A stretch of 56,771 nucleotides of DNA, filler included, from Sphacelaria rigidula (taxonomy: Eukaryota), in the NCBI GenBank assembly GCA_964200075.2. It is 5 parts of 5 records of this genome, joined end to end, with 100 filler letters (N's around TTAATTAATTAA, not from the genome) between each part and the next. Parts side by side here need not be neighbours in the genome. Positions count along the whole stretch, not along the records: positions 34,127 to 45,399 come from CAXNAA020005133.1; positions 45,500 to 56,771 come from CAXNAA020005134.1; 3 more parts are not named here. One strand, 5' to 3'. Under the pieces are notes generated by a model. The model searched no databases. It worked only from the letters and a program-made list of their open reading frames with translations, and was not told the origin of the DNA. How positions within the stretch are numbered: position 1 is the first letter of the stretch; the number at the start of each line of letters is the position of its first letter. The translations under genes were made by a program, and so were the position numbers. Shown here in pieces: positions 35,462-47,666 of the stretch.

Positions 35462-38400
35462 GTGTCTCCCGTAAGACGAAGCTCGGACACCACGACATCG
35501 TCACCGAGGGAGATATCGCCAGCCAGCGGATTGCTATGCGCGGACTTGGTGCGTGCAAACGTGTTCCCCCAGCAACACGAACACCTCTTGTCTTATCTGT
35601 AGGTGCCTTCAATTGTCCACAGCTGTCGCATTTGTTTCTTGATACCACGGGAGGCGGCGATGTGGTCAAATAGTGTCAGCTCCACGTCAGTTGACGATGA
35701 AATTCGCGAAAATCACAACTCAGTATTACTGGCAGCAATCAATCTCTCCAGCAAGAACCGCTGAGGCCAATACTCACTTCTCCGAGAGGCCTTGATTTTC
35801 ATGATAACCAGCATGCGAATTCCATCCAAAGAAACTTGAGACTGTGAATGCTGCGTTCACGACTGACTACTAGCTGTTTTATTAGCACCCACAACCTTCT
35901 GCCTGTGGTTTTGTTGCCTCAACAGGGAAGATTTTTCCGGGCCTACACTTCGCCGCGGAAGAGGGCGACGATGAAGCCCTGGTACGATGTTCTCCACTTA
36001 TTGCTCCTGCTGTAGTGCACTTACGGACTGGTGACGTCCTTTCCGCAATATGTGTTTGTCTGATGCGTCACATCTAATGCGTTCTTTCTTTTACAACGGT
36101 GTTAGTAAAGGCTCGTGTCCCCCGATCAGGGCTGTGATATCAACACTCACAACAACTAGAAATCACCACATATACGATTCCCGGATGGTCACGTGGAAAA
36201 CACGAGGAGCCACTTGGAACATCTCTGTTCCAACCATGAATGGGTAGCTCCTATTCTACCAACTGTATTCCGCAACGATGCCGACGTCGTGAGGCGGAGA
36301 AGCTCGTCGGCCCTAGCTTACGCTATACACCTCTTATACATGTATACATTGACGCAGGTTCCAGGTGTGCCGTTGGCCTCTATAGATTCGACGGGTTCGA
36401 TATATTCCGACACGTATCTTGCACTCGATCCCGTGGACGGAACGACGAACTTCGCATGTGGAGGACCAGATTGGGGGGTAAGTGACATAACCAAAATAAT
36501 ATTACGGCGCTGTTGCCCTGCGTGCTGCGGAGGGTAGCAACAAGCGGCTCGCCGAAATAATTTTGTCAGATTAGAGTCTACGACTTGTTCCATCGGCGTT
36601 TCAAAATATATCGCTCATCAGGAAAACCTCCGTGCTTTCACGGGGCGGACGGTACACGGTGATGTTCCATAGAGCGTCCAGCCGCAAACACGACGCCTCA
36701 GATATAGCGGGTGTAAATTGACATAGTGGAGAACCACTCGCGACAATCCAGACGGGTCAAAATATGTCACCTCTTGATGCTACAGCGTGGCTGCCGCTAC
36801 AAAGCCAGGGGGTATAGAATGTTATGTTGGCAGTATTGCGACGCCTGCCGCACGGGTTTATGGGAATTCGCAGGTAGCCGCAGCTGTGGTTGACCGACAA
36901 GAAGGCCCTACTCACGGTGTTCTCTACCTTCCACGAAAGGATGTCATCATCGAAGCGGCCAAAGGGCTTGGCTGCAAGATCAACGGGGAGCCCGTACGAC
37001 TGAGGGAGGGGCAGGTGCATGAGTATCTTCTCTTGCGTTGAGGTTCTGTTGTCAGGTGCATCGCCTGAAGCGTGTGGCGTGCGTGTTAGTAATGCACGTG
37101 TTTTGTTTTCGTCGCCGTTATCCCCTGCTTCTTTTCCGCACATCCTATTTTCCTTACCCGGAATATACTGAAGGTTGTCAAACAGAAAATTTCAGGTCTC
37201 GGATTTTAGGTGGATGTTCGAATAGAAAATGTCATCACCACTCCCGGCTAGCCTGGCGGGCGTATCCACTGATCCCGTGAGTGGCGCTTTGACATTATTC
37301 GTATTTGAGCTATGCCTGCTTGACTTGACGCTTATGTGCTCATAATAGAGTATTTATCGACCGCTCGTTTCAAGAATGTTGCTCGTGACTCGCTCCAATT
37401 TGTTCTTCACGCCAATTATGCCACACGCTTCACCAGTCATGGACGAGTCAACGACTGATTCATGTGTTGGCGAAGAAGTCTCGAAACGAACCCGGGCGAT
37501 GATCCTGCGTGCACGTATCCTTGTTTCAATCGTCCCCCGCATTGCTGCGGTAGCGGATCAAGGAATCCCTTGTTGCGGCGGAAATGGGGGCGTTTATTCC
37601 TGACGACCGATTGCAGCGGCTCCTAGCCCTTGTGCATCACTCCATGGGCATCCGGAACCTCTTCTCCAGGTAAGCCACTGGGGAAAGCTCCTGGCTCAAG
37701 GATGGAAGATTAGAACAGCGATGGCATCAACAACAATCTTAGGACCGCAGAATTGCCACTTCCGAACAAGCCACCCCCTTTGTAATATGTAGTGGCATTC
37801 ACGAAATGAGGTCATTATGCTGCGATAGTAATGCCCCCTTGTGCACAAACTACCTCATGGCCACAATCCAGGGTCAAATCAATCGATATCTGTTTATTAA
37901 TGTCAACAGACGGACTTGAGGGCGCAATCACTTACTCAACACAGCGGGATGTGTGTAGAAAACTTCGTTTTCGGGGAACAAAAACGACTTGTATTTGTGT
38001 GCGGCGTACGGTGTGGATTCAGCATGAAGGCTGTAGGTACCGCTGGTACTGTAGATGCTGGATGGGGTGTTTTCCTCCGTGTCTTCGGCGTCCGGCACGA
38101 TAGGTACATTCACTTATTCGCTCGTCTTCTCACATATTTTCCGTTCTCAGCACCGGGAACACGGCCGATATCCTGTCGGGTGTCCATGGAGCCTGGATTC
38201 ACCTCAAGGGGGGCTCAGTGTGGGACTTCGCGGCCGGCGCGTTGGCTGTTCAGGAGGTGTGTCCGAGTATGGAACATGGGGAAATGACGACCCCAGCCAA
38301 GTGCTACGACGAGATGTTGCCTAGCTGTTTGACGTGTATCAGTGGCTTGTCCTCGCAACTTCGCTGAGTCTAGACCATCGCAACAGTTACCTCGCCACCC

Positions 38401-39029
38401 ATGTAGGCTTTCTTGAACGTGAGTAATGTACACCACTTAACGCGTTTGTGCCACCTACCCCTTCTGTCTACGCGCATGACATGGTGCGAACCGCGGGGCT
38501 AAACATCTTTTTGATAGGCGGGTGGTTATGCTTGCGACCTGCAAGGCCGTCCTTTGAGATGGGACATGCTCAAAATGGAGGTAAGTCCATACGCAGCCAG
38601 CGCTCCGGTGAGTTACACTGTTTGAAGCCACCTCCTGCACAAGACGTTTCACTTACATGACAGTTCCCCTGGTTTCGGAAATCAACATGCGAGTACCAGA
38701 TGGGCACTTGCCTGCGTGCCGCTTGTTGACCTTCCCAAACCGAGGTTATTTATGGTGGCAATGTCACATCTTGCTTAGGTGAAGCACATTTTGATCGCGT
38801 GGTATCTAGCTGATGCGGCCCGCTCCGGCTTTCGAAAAATGAGTCATTTGCATTCAAATCTTGACGTCGGACCTAAATTGCAACATGAATACGTCCCATC
38901 CTGTCTTTTCACCCGTGTCATCGTATATCTCTTCTCGTAATCATGTTCGACTGACAGGTGATTCTTGCAGCAAACAAGGAAATTGCCCATGAAATAGTGC
39001 AAGTCCTTGGAATCGAGAAAGGATCCTAG
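35462..39029 (+). CDS. Inositol monophosphatase (FIG superfamily, SuhB/IMPase-like), 5'-partial multi-exon gene
   Basis: Phase-consistent GT-AG exons 35462-35548, 35926-35981, 36358-36477, 36874-37014, 37554-37669, 38151-38256, 38518-38580, 38958-39029 (possible micro-exon 35332-35351); motifs DIVTEGD, FPGLHFAAEE, DPVDGTTNF, WDFAAG..VQEAGG; TAG at 39027-39029. Confidence 0.92.
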
Positions 39030-40323
39030 TAAAGAAGATCGTCTGCATGCTCCGCGCGCGTTTCCATCGTACGTTCAGATTTCAGCAGTTTCTAGTGATG
39101 AAGCCTTGCTATGGGCTCGTGGGTTACAGACGCTTTTGGTGTGCTCGAGTGAGTGTGAGTAGCAAGGTTGGCGCCGGGCACGAAATCATTCCCACTGATC
39201 ACGTCATGTAGAACAAGGTGTAATATTGCCGAGGTCATGGGGTGCGGTATTGAATACTCCACTGCTACGGTTATCGACCGCTGAGCTCTGTACGAAGTCG
39301 TCGGGTTGGTCGACCACGGCGGGCACGACAGCGTCGTACTCATCAATTCATTACTCATTCGCTGATCGACCACCCGCTGCTGCTGAAATAGCTTTCGATT
39401 CGGAAGGGATAATTTGAAGAACTTCATACGCTCACACCTGCGGAGTGCCGTAGTTGCTCGATCGAGGACATTCGCTTCTCTTCAGATCTCTGATACGCCG
39501 TGGCACTGCCGGCATCACGTGATGTCTCTTCACTTCTCTGGGTAGTCTGTACTACGGCACTATCGATAAGTGCCGACAGTCTTCAGAGGTATTTCGGGGC
39601 AAGCGGCAGACGAAAATTGGATAGGCATAGTGAGTAACAGTGATGGTTGGAGGAAGTGGAAACGGCAGGGGGCGATATCACAGAAGTTGTGTAGAAGTGA
39701 GGTTCAGCGACTGCAATAAACAATGTTTTCGCGCGAGTGAGAATGGAGAATACGATAGAGAGGGAAAAGTGGTCAATTAGCGAATGAGTAGTTTCTGTTC
39801 CGAAATGCCCCTCCACGAGGCCCAATATGCCGGCAGTGTAGCTGTAAGCACACGCCAGTGATGGAGGCAAAGAAAAGCATACATGGAGTGAAAAAATGGC
39901 TGAGTTAGAGCGAAGGATTAAAGCCATTCTTAATCAGCGCTCTACTCTCAATTTGATGAAAACGTTGATAATAGAGGAGGCTAATTTTGATTGGGTGAAT
40001 TCCTTGGAAAAGCACACAGGATTTTCGACTGTATGTTTTTTTCCGCGACTTTTCGTGAAAGAATGAAAGTTTAGCTCCCAGGTGGGCGCACTGAAGAAAA
40101 CAAAAGAGACGGAAAGAGGCTAGTTTAAAGTAGCAGTGAAATGCCCCAGCGGACGGCAGCTCCATTGACTACTTGCCACACCTGCCGTTATCGATAGTGG
40201 GCGCAGCACAACCAGCGTCCAGTGCAGTACAGTGCCATAGCGTCTCGAGTCTGAGTACATGCGTCGTGCTCTGCTTCTGTCTCCCGTTTGTGCTCTAGAT
40301 AGTAGGGGCCGCTGTTTTTTATT

Positions 40324-42364
40324 GAGCAATGGTCTAGAAAAGGTACACCTTCTCGGTTTTCGCCCAAGAAAGGTACGAAAAATGGCCAGAAACGCGAAAA
40401 CAGCCAAACACGCCATTTTGACCATCTTCGCTCCTAATTTCACGCACATCATCCGAGGGGGCCATTGGCGCCCGGGCCTCGAAACAAAACGGGGAAAAAA
40501 CAAGTTACTCGAGATATATGACCACGTGAAAACGAACGTTCAGAAACTGCTTACATTTTGTAGGACAATTTTTGCCCAGGTATACCTGATCTAGGAATTA
40601 TTTTTCAACCATACCTTATCTGGGCCACCGATCGGTCGAGAACGTACCTGTGCTAGGCCATCGCTCTCTACACTGTACCTGATGCGGCACATCGCGCATA
40701 AGGGAGTCTACGCGCCAACTCCAACCATGGCGCCCACACCTTCGGCTCTTTTCCCGCTCATTTCCCGTTCACGGACGCCACAACGACCACGCCCCCTTCT
40801 CCCCGGAAATGGTTCCCGAGTGTCTCCGCTATTACTGTTCTGTCCCTAGCTCTCTATGCGTGACGACCGGTACTGTATCCGTTGCTTGAACCAACCATCG
40901 ATGATGTGACAATTGGCCGTTGGTGGCGGAAGAGCCTAACTTGACCCTGACACCAGCCCCGAGAGCGCAAAGGTACAACAGTGTTCCACAACCCACCGAC
41001 CAATCACAAGAGACCAACGCGCTGCAAGTTGTGTCCACATATTATGTCGATGTCTAACCCTATGTTTTGTCGAAATACGTGATGGGTGTGTTGACCCTTA
41101 GTCCGCGAGGGTAGTTCATCTGGATCATGCATACTTTTTTCAAGTGAAGTTGATGCCGATCCAACAAATGACCTTTTCTAGTCATCTAAATGTTGATGGT
41201 TGATATTAGAGCAATGCTACGATAGGGGTTGCACTTTTCGTTTCCGGGTCTCGTTTTCGTATGAGCTCAAATATATGGGGCTTACTGTGCAACCCAAATC
41301 TCCCGGGACAGGATAGGGAGATGTACACAGGGGCCTTTTTGTGAATCGGCATCATTTTCAGTGTTTTTTAAGTGAAAATGATCCGTGTGACACCCCGAGA
41401 TACATTTTCGCTCAAAGAGTGCGACCCTACCGTAGTATCACTCGTTACTTGATATGAGGGTCAACACCGAGAATCGGATCTTTAGTGGGGCTGACAGTCC
41501 CGTGTGCTCCTCGCATGCGCAAAACGCATTTTCGTTAACACCGACGCCATAGGCGCCGATGTGGGGTCTACCAAGGCCACACTTTGCCAAGAGAGTGCTA
41601 TGTACCGCCCTTGCCCGAGGATTTCGGTATGCTTGGTGTTGGGGTTAGGGTTAGACATCGACATAGTATGTGAACTCACAACTTATAGCGCGTCGGTCTC
41701 TTGTGATTGGTCGGTGGGTTGTGGAACACTGTTGTACTTTTGCGATCTCGGGGCTGGTGTCAGGGTCAAGCTAGGCTCTTCCGCCACCAACGGGCGATTG
41801 TCACATCATCGATGGTTTGTTCAAGCAACGGATACAGTACTGGTCGTCACGCATAGAGAGCTAGGGACAGAACAGTAATAGCGGAGACACTCGGGAACCA
41901 TTTCCGGGGAGAAGGGGGCGTGGTCGTTGTGGCGTCCGTGAACGGGAAGTGAGCGGGAAAAGAGCCGAAGGTGTGGGCGCCATGGTTGGAGTTGGCGCGT
42001 AGACTCCCTTGCGCGCGATGTGCCGCATCAGGTACAGTGTAGAGAGCTCAGTGGCCCAGATAAGGTATGGTTGAGAAATAATTCCTAGATCAGGTATACC
42101 TGGGCAAAATTTGTCCTACAAAAGGTAAGCAGTTTCCGAAGGCGAGACGTCCGTTTTCACGTGGTCATATATCTCGAGTAACTTGTTTTTTCCCCGTTTT
42201 GTTTCGAGGCTCGGGCGCCAATGGCCCCCCCAAATGATGTGCGTGAAAAATTAGGAGCGAAAACGGTCAAAATGGCTTGTTTGGCTGTCTTCGCGTTTCT
42301 GGCCATTTTTCGTACCTTTCTTGGGCGAAAACCGAGAAGGTATACCTTTTCTAGACCATTGCTC
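40324..42364. mobile_element. 2.04-kb non-autonomous long-TIR (MULE/foldback-like) DNA transposon
   Basis: Highly similar TIRs 40324-41062 and 41646-42364 starting GAGCAATGGTCTAG; near-matching 9-bp flanks TTTTTTATT/TTATTTATC; no transposase. Confidence 0.8.
41091..41464. mobile_element. piggyBac-like MITE nested in the long-TIR element
   Basis: TTGA|CCCTTAGTCCGCGAG...GAGGG|TCAA; first ~80 bp homologous to 582-679. Confidence 0.55.
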
Positions 42365-42839
42365 TTATTTATCTATCTTGCAAAACCGAAGCTGACGATG
42401 GTGTACGATAGGAAGTGCAGTAGTACTAGGCACATCACCGCATTGAAAAACAAGGCGAAGTGATTTGATCTGGGATCAGTGCAGCATGCGTGACTTGTCA
42501 TCTATCTCGTCAGAGCAAGCCGCGGTTCTACTACTGTTGTCTAAAAATGTGCAAGCATCAGACTACATCGCCTCTCTGTAGAGCGCAACACGGGTCCTGT
42601 TGTAATCTCCGACGGCTACTCCTTCGGCCGCCAAGGTGCGTCATCTGGGTCTCGGAGTCATTTTCAAGTGATATTACACACACACTACACACTACCCATA
42701 TTGGCAGTCGAAGGGTTCAGATGAATTATGCGTAATTTTTTCGAAAAAGCGAAGCTGACCTCCATCTCAAAATGCGTACTGGTGCGCTGTCCGATGTGCT
42801 TTTATTGCTCTAACGTTTGAGTGACGGAAGACCTTTTTA

Positions 42840-43172
42840 CACACGCGGCCATTTGGCCACACCCCAAAATGCCTCCGGAGGGATGCGCGGCCCTCCTGGG
42901 GGGAAACAAGCCTTCGGAGGCCTTCAATCCTTCTGGAGGAAACCAAACTCGACCGACCCGGGGGGGCGCGCACCCCTCCGGAGGAATTTGGGGGTATGCG
43001 CGGCCCTCCAGAGGCAAAACTAAGCCTATGGAGGCGTTTAATCTCTCTGGAGGAAACCAAAAAAACTCCTCTGAAGGGCCGCGTACCCCTCCGGAGGCGT
43101 TTATTTCCTCCGGAGGCTCGAAACGTTTACCCACCTGGAGGGATTTTGGAGGTAGCCAAATGGCCGCGTGTG
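42840..43172. mobile_element. MITE with 18-bp perfect TIRs
   Basis: CACACGCGGCCATTTGGC / GCCAAATGGCCGCGTGTG; internal repeats of the palindrome CCTCCGGAGG. Confidence 0.75.
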
Positions 43173-44749
43173 CAAGACTACTTTCGAATACCAGTGGAAA
43201 TCTCTTGGGCACGTTAACAGTATTTAAGTGCACCGTTGGGGGATTCTAAAATACAAGTAAGCGAGACGCTCCCGAACTACCAGCTGCAACCGTCAACAGT
43301 TCGTTAGAGCATCATCCGTCACATGCTGGCGATATATTGTCCCTGACTTGGGTATGCAAAACCGTGTAGGCGTTTAGCGGATACCAAAGGTCTATCGGGA
43401 GAAAAGATTCCGACACTGAGTCCACCCCCCCTCCCGGGTGGCAATTTTCTTACAATTTTCATGACTTGTTTTTCCAACTTTCAAATTTGTTGTTGTCTCA
43501 GGCTATTTCAGATTCGGCATTGTATTTCTGTGACAGAAAAACAAGCAGAACTTTCCGAGAACTTGAAAAAAAAAAAAAAAGCAGAACTTGTCAGGAACTG
43601 CTGAAAACGTGACCCCGTTAACTGGTGTGTACAGGGTACTACACTGAACACAAGACGATTCTGCAGTGGTATATGGAGTACAGAGTACTACACTGAACAC
43701 AACGCAACACAGCAGTTCTGCAGTGTTTTTTAGTTCTAGAACCTGAAGACGGACTGTATACAGTATGCATCAGCTTGTCTTGTCGCAAAAATAATTGTGG
43801 CCGGTTGCTGCTGTACTACTACTACGACAGAACAGTAATATTTTTTTCGGAATATGTAGTCAGACGAACAAGGCGCTTCCCACAGCCATCATTTCAATCC
43901 TGTAGTTATCGCTGTGCTGTTGCGCATTTGAACACTGTACGACGAACATGGTGTAATGTGCGCTGGAGAGTACCTGAACAGTTGTAGTACTTCATGAGGT
44001 GTTTTGACAAAGCACAGAAGAGAGGTCAGATCAAAGTGCTGTACACTAGCTACTGTCTGTTGCGTCTCCGTCCGTACTGTACTTCAACTATAGTCGGGTG
44101 CTGGGATCGGAGAAGACACGCAAGGCGGGCGCGTGCACGTTGGGGCGAACAAAGTGAGCCAGCACGGAGTTGCTCTATCCCAAGCGTTTGATGACAGGAG
44201 CTGTCTGCCTTGATGTCCCATGTAATAGTCCTTCCCCCCATATCTGCGTGAGTTGTTTCGTTACTGCCGTGTCGTCCAAATCTGCTGCGTGGGCTCCCGA
44301 TTAAAAAAAACGACCCAGCATCGGTCATTCGAATTTTCAAATTGGTTGTGGTCTCAGGCTATTGCAGATCCGGCACTGAATTTCTGTGACGCATTGGATT
44401 TCTGCGATGCATAGACACCCACCACTCACGCGCATTGTTCAAGCGCTAGCTCATCATCCCCACACAAGACAGCCTTTGTTTGACGGAAATCCGTCCAGTA
44501 TTGGATGAAAGGCGATCCCGTGCGTAAGGTTCGTGGAACACGGGATCGTACGAATTGGGGATGGATCCTTCATTGGGATGAGAAACCCGGAGAATTAAAA
44601 TCTCCGTATCCACACCAAATTTTCGAAATATGATTCCAGTTCTTCATCTACTGATAGATATTGACAAAGGCTACACGCCATAGAAATTTGGATCTCGATC
44701 ACCGGAATGCTGGGGTCCTAGGTGAAAAACCAATTTCGAAACGCGCGCG

Positions 44750-45220
44750 CGTGTGTGTGTGTGTTTGTGTGTATGTGTTGTCATCCCATCTTTCCTGGGC
44801 GCCAGTTTAAGTGATGCTACCGGAGGGGTGGCACTTCTTGTTTCTGGGGCCTCTTTCGTGTAGGAGCACAACTATCTGGGGCTTACTACTATGCAGCCCT
44901 AAACCTTTGGGGACCGGACTCCCAGAAACATGGTGTTCGCACGCAGTGACCTTTTCATGAATGGGAACCATTTACGACCTTTTTCAGGTAAAAATGATGC
45001 CGATTACAATAATGGCCCCTCCAACACCCCAAGCAGCCCCGAGAACCCTTCTGGCTAAAAAGCGTGCACCGTTACCGTGGCATCACTTGTCTACACGTTT
45101 CGGTAGATGTGGGTGCACCAGCCGGGGTCACACAGGAGGAAGGCCAACAAAGGAGTTTTTTTTTTTTAGTTCTCCACCTTCCTTCTGCGGTGCTTGCCTT
45201 ATTTTTGATCGCGAGAGAGG
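44750..45220 (-). mobile_element. 5'-truncated SINE family B interrupted by a ~280-bp TIR element (44809-45088)
   Basis: Tail (44750-44808) and body (45089-45220) are colinear with 9107-9290; the insert has AAGTGATGCTAC / GTGGCATCACTT ends. Confidence 0.65.
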
Positions 45221-45399
45221 TTTGGATTTTGAGAAACCAAACAACGTACGGCAGCTTTTATCGACAGTACAATAGGGAAGCAGAAGTAGAGCACGCGACG
45301 TGTACAGTAATCAGACAGAATAAAGGCCATCATGGCTGTAATGCGTGAGAGGACCGCATGCTTAGAGGACTGCGCTGTAGTTCAAAACACCTCAGGATC

Positions 45400-45499
45400 N
45401 NNNNNNNNNNNNNNNNNNNNNNNNNNNNNNNNNNNNNNNNNNNTTAATTAATTAANNNNNNNNNNNNNNNNNNNNNNNNNNNNNNNNNNNNNNNNNNNN
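45400..45499. other. Artificial contig linker
   Basis: Same 100-bp spacer. Confidence 0.98.
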
Positions 45500-45819
45500 G
45501 GAAATTTGCGGAATCTATGGCGAAGAACCATGTGTATTGACATGAACTTTCATTGTCCATTTCCATGCACGATGTGTATCGGTGGCATGAACCAAATTTA
45601 TCGTTACCGACAAGTGCCCATCGGTGTAATATTTCATACATCATTGCCAGTAAAGATACATTTCGATGAAAACATCACCTAGTACACTGTTTCCAGCAAT
45701 GGATATGGACAAATATATGTTGCAGTCATTGTTCTCCACAATGGATATCAATATGATCATCACCGTAGCTATTAGTGCAGCAACAGACCATTATTACCAT
45801 GTCTATTGTCCAGGATGTG
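45500..45819. mobile_element. Right end of a CACAC-TGGAC TIR family element (cut by contig start)
   Basis: Ends GTCTATTGTCCAGGATGTG, the reverse complement of CACATCCTGGACAATAGAC. Confidence 0.6.
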
Positions 45820-46130
45820 AAGAGTTTTGAAAATTGTCTTTGATTCCCCCTACTGTCGAGTAGAGAGCTCATCGCGCACAAAGTTTGCGGTATCCTGCCC
45901 AACAAAACATGTGTTCAGTGTTGCCGCCCTGGGTTGAGCTGCTGTGGAGTACGACTGATGTTTCGTTTGTGCAGAGTTTGAAAAAGGTTTCTAGAGGATT
46001 AGGTTCTGGAGGGATACGCGACCTGTCGCCCCTTATTTGCATACCCCACCTGCAAATAGGCCGCGCCCCTTGTCAGGTACGTTTTGAAGCGTGATACTAG
46101 ATGATCGCCCTTCCTTGTACATGGGCATCA

Positions 46131-47085
46131 AACGCTGGGCTTCTCACTCAAGACTTCGATGTGGAGGGTGATACTAGGTTGGCAGCGGCAACTGCTGTGT
46201 GTCCAGGTGCCCCTTGGAGCAGGATGCGTTTGGAGCAGGATGCGTTTGGTGTCCGTTTGACGAATTTGTCCCCCAAAAATACGAAATCGATTAGGTTTTA
46301 GACTGGAAAAATCTGGCAAAACAAATATCGCAAGAACCACGACGCAAAAAACCTCTTACTCGAATTTTCACCCGCAGCAGAAACTAACTTCACTTTGTGA
46401 AATTGGAACAGCCGCGCCTGGTGCGCTCACATATACCGTAAGGTGGCGACTGGCGTTCAGAATAGATGAAACCACAACACACACAACACACTGGGCGCAG
46501 TATATTCTTGACATCGTGTTCGTACTGACTGTCGAAATCTTCGTTCACGGTCTGGTGCACTTGTACGTACCATGCACGGTCTGGTACGTTCCCGCATGTG
46601 AATGTAATTTTACTCGCAGCAAAATCGTCAAAAAGTCCGCAACAACTGGGCGAAGTACATGTGAGGGAATCGCCGAAATATTCACCTGCAAACTCTGCTC
46701 CAGTCAACTGTAAGCTGATATCGCTAGGACACTACCATAACCACCTTACCGATTTCCAGACTGTCAGGACGTAGAATCCACTAGCCTTGCTACTGTCTGT
46801 ACGGGCATGTTGCCCCCTTGTCGGTTACGTGGGGAAGGGTCCGTGGCAAAATGCAGTGGTCACGTCAAGCAGATGCACGCTGGGCGTTCTCACTCGAGAC
46901 TTCGATTTGGGGGGTGATCCTAGGTAGACAGCAGCAACTGCTGTGTCCAGGTCCCCCTTGGAGTAAGATGCGTTTGGTTCCTGTTCGACAACATGTTCCC
47001 CAAAAAACCGAAATTAATAGAGCTTCTAGAGTGGAAAAATCCCGGAAAAGAAACCAAATTCGCTTCGTGAGATTGGAATTCCAAT
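46131..47085 (+). repeat. Two diverged direct copies of a ~200-bp repeat (46131-46335, 46877-47085)
   Basis: Both read ACGCTGGGC.TTCTCACTC.AGACTTCGAT...GTGTCCAGGT.CCCCTTGGAG...GATGCGTTTGG...TGGAAAAATC. Confidence 0.75.
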
Positions 47086-47666
47086 CGAGCTGCCCAGCCC
47101 GTGAAATTGTCGGCGGACGGATGTCGCCACCTTATGAAACAGCCTGATCTAGTCAATACCAGACTGACTCCATCATCATGAGCGAGAAAATGTGACACGT
47201 ACGTGCCTGGCACAGAAAAGTGACGTTACCGTAGGCATGTGGAGAATATTCGAGATAAAAGTATCAAGATACCCCCGCCGGTACATGTGTCTGCGTTCAT
47301 GCGTAAAGATTGTCACCATCCTGCTCTTCGCTTATTTGTCAAACCTCAAGCTGTCGTAATTTTTTTACCCAACGTATTTCACGAGGTGAAGGCCTTCTTT
47401 AATGACTGCACTGAGTATTCCACTTGTTGAAGAGGGCTCGGCATTTCTCAAGGTCGTGTACTCCTCCACCATCCTCAAGTATGTACGATACTTTGCCAGT
47501 GAGACTGTTCTATAGTAGATGACCGTGTGAAATATAGTAGTGTGCGATGGCCTGTTGATACCGACCCCTGACCGAGAGATATGCCAAAACATTTGTATCG
47601 AGTCCTGAAACATTCGAATTAAAATCCACTCAGTACTCCAAGCCTGAAGGCGGTTGGCCCATGACT

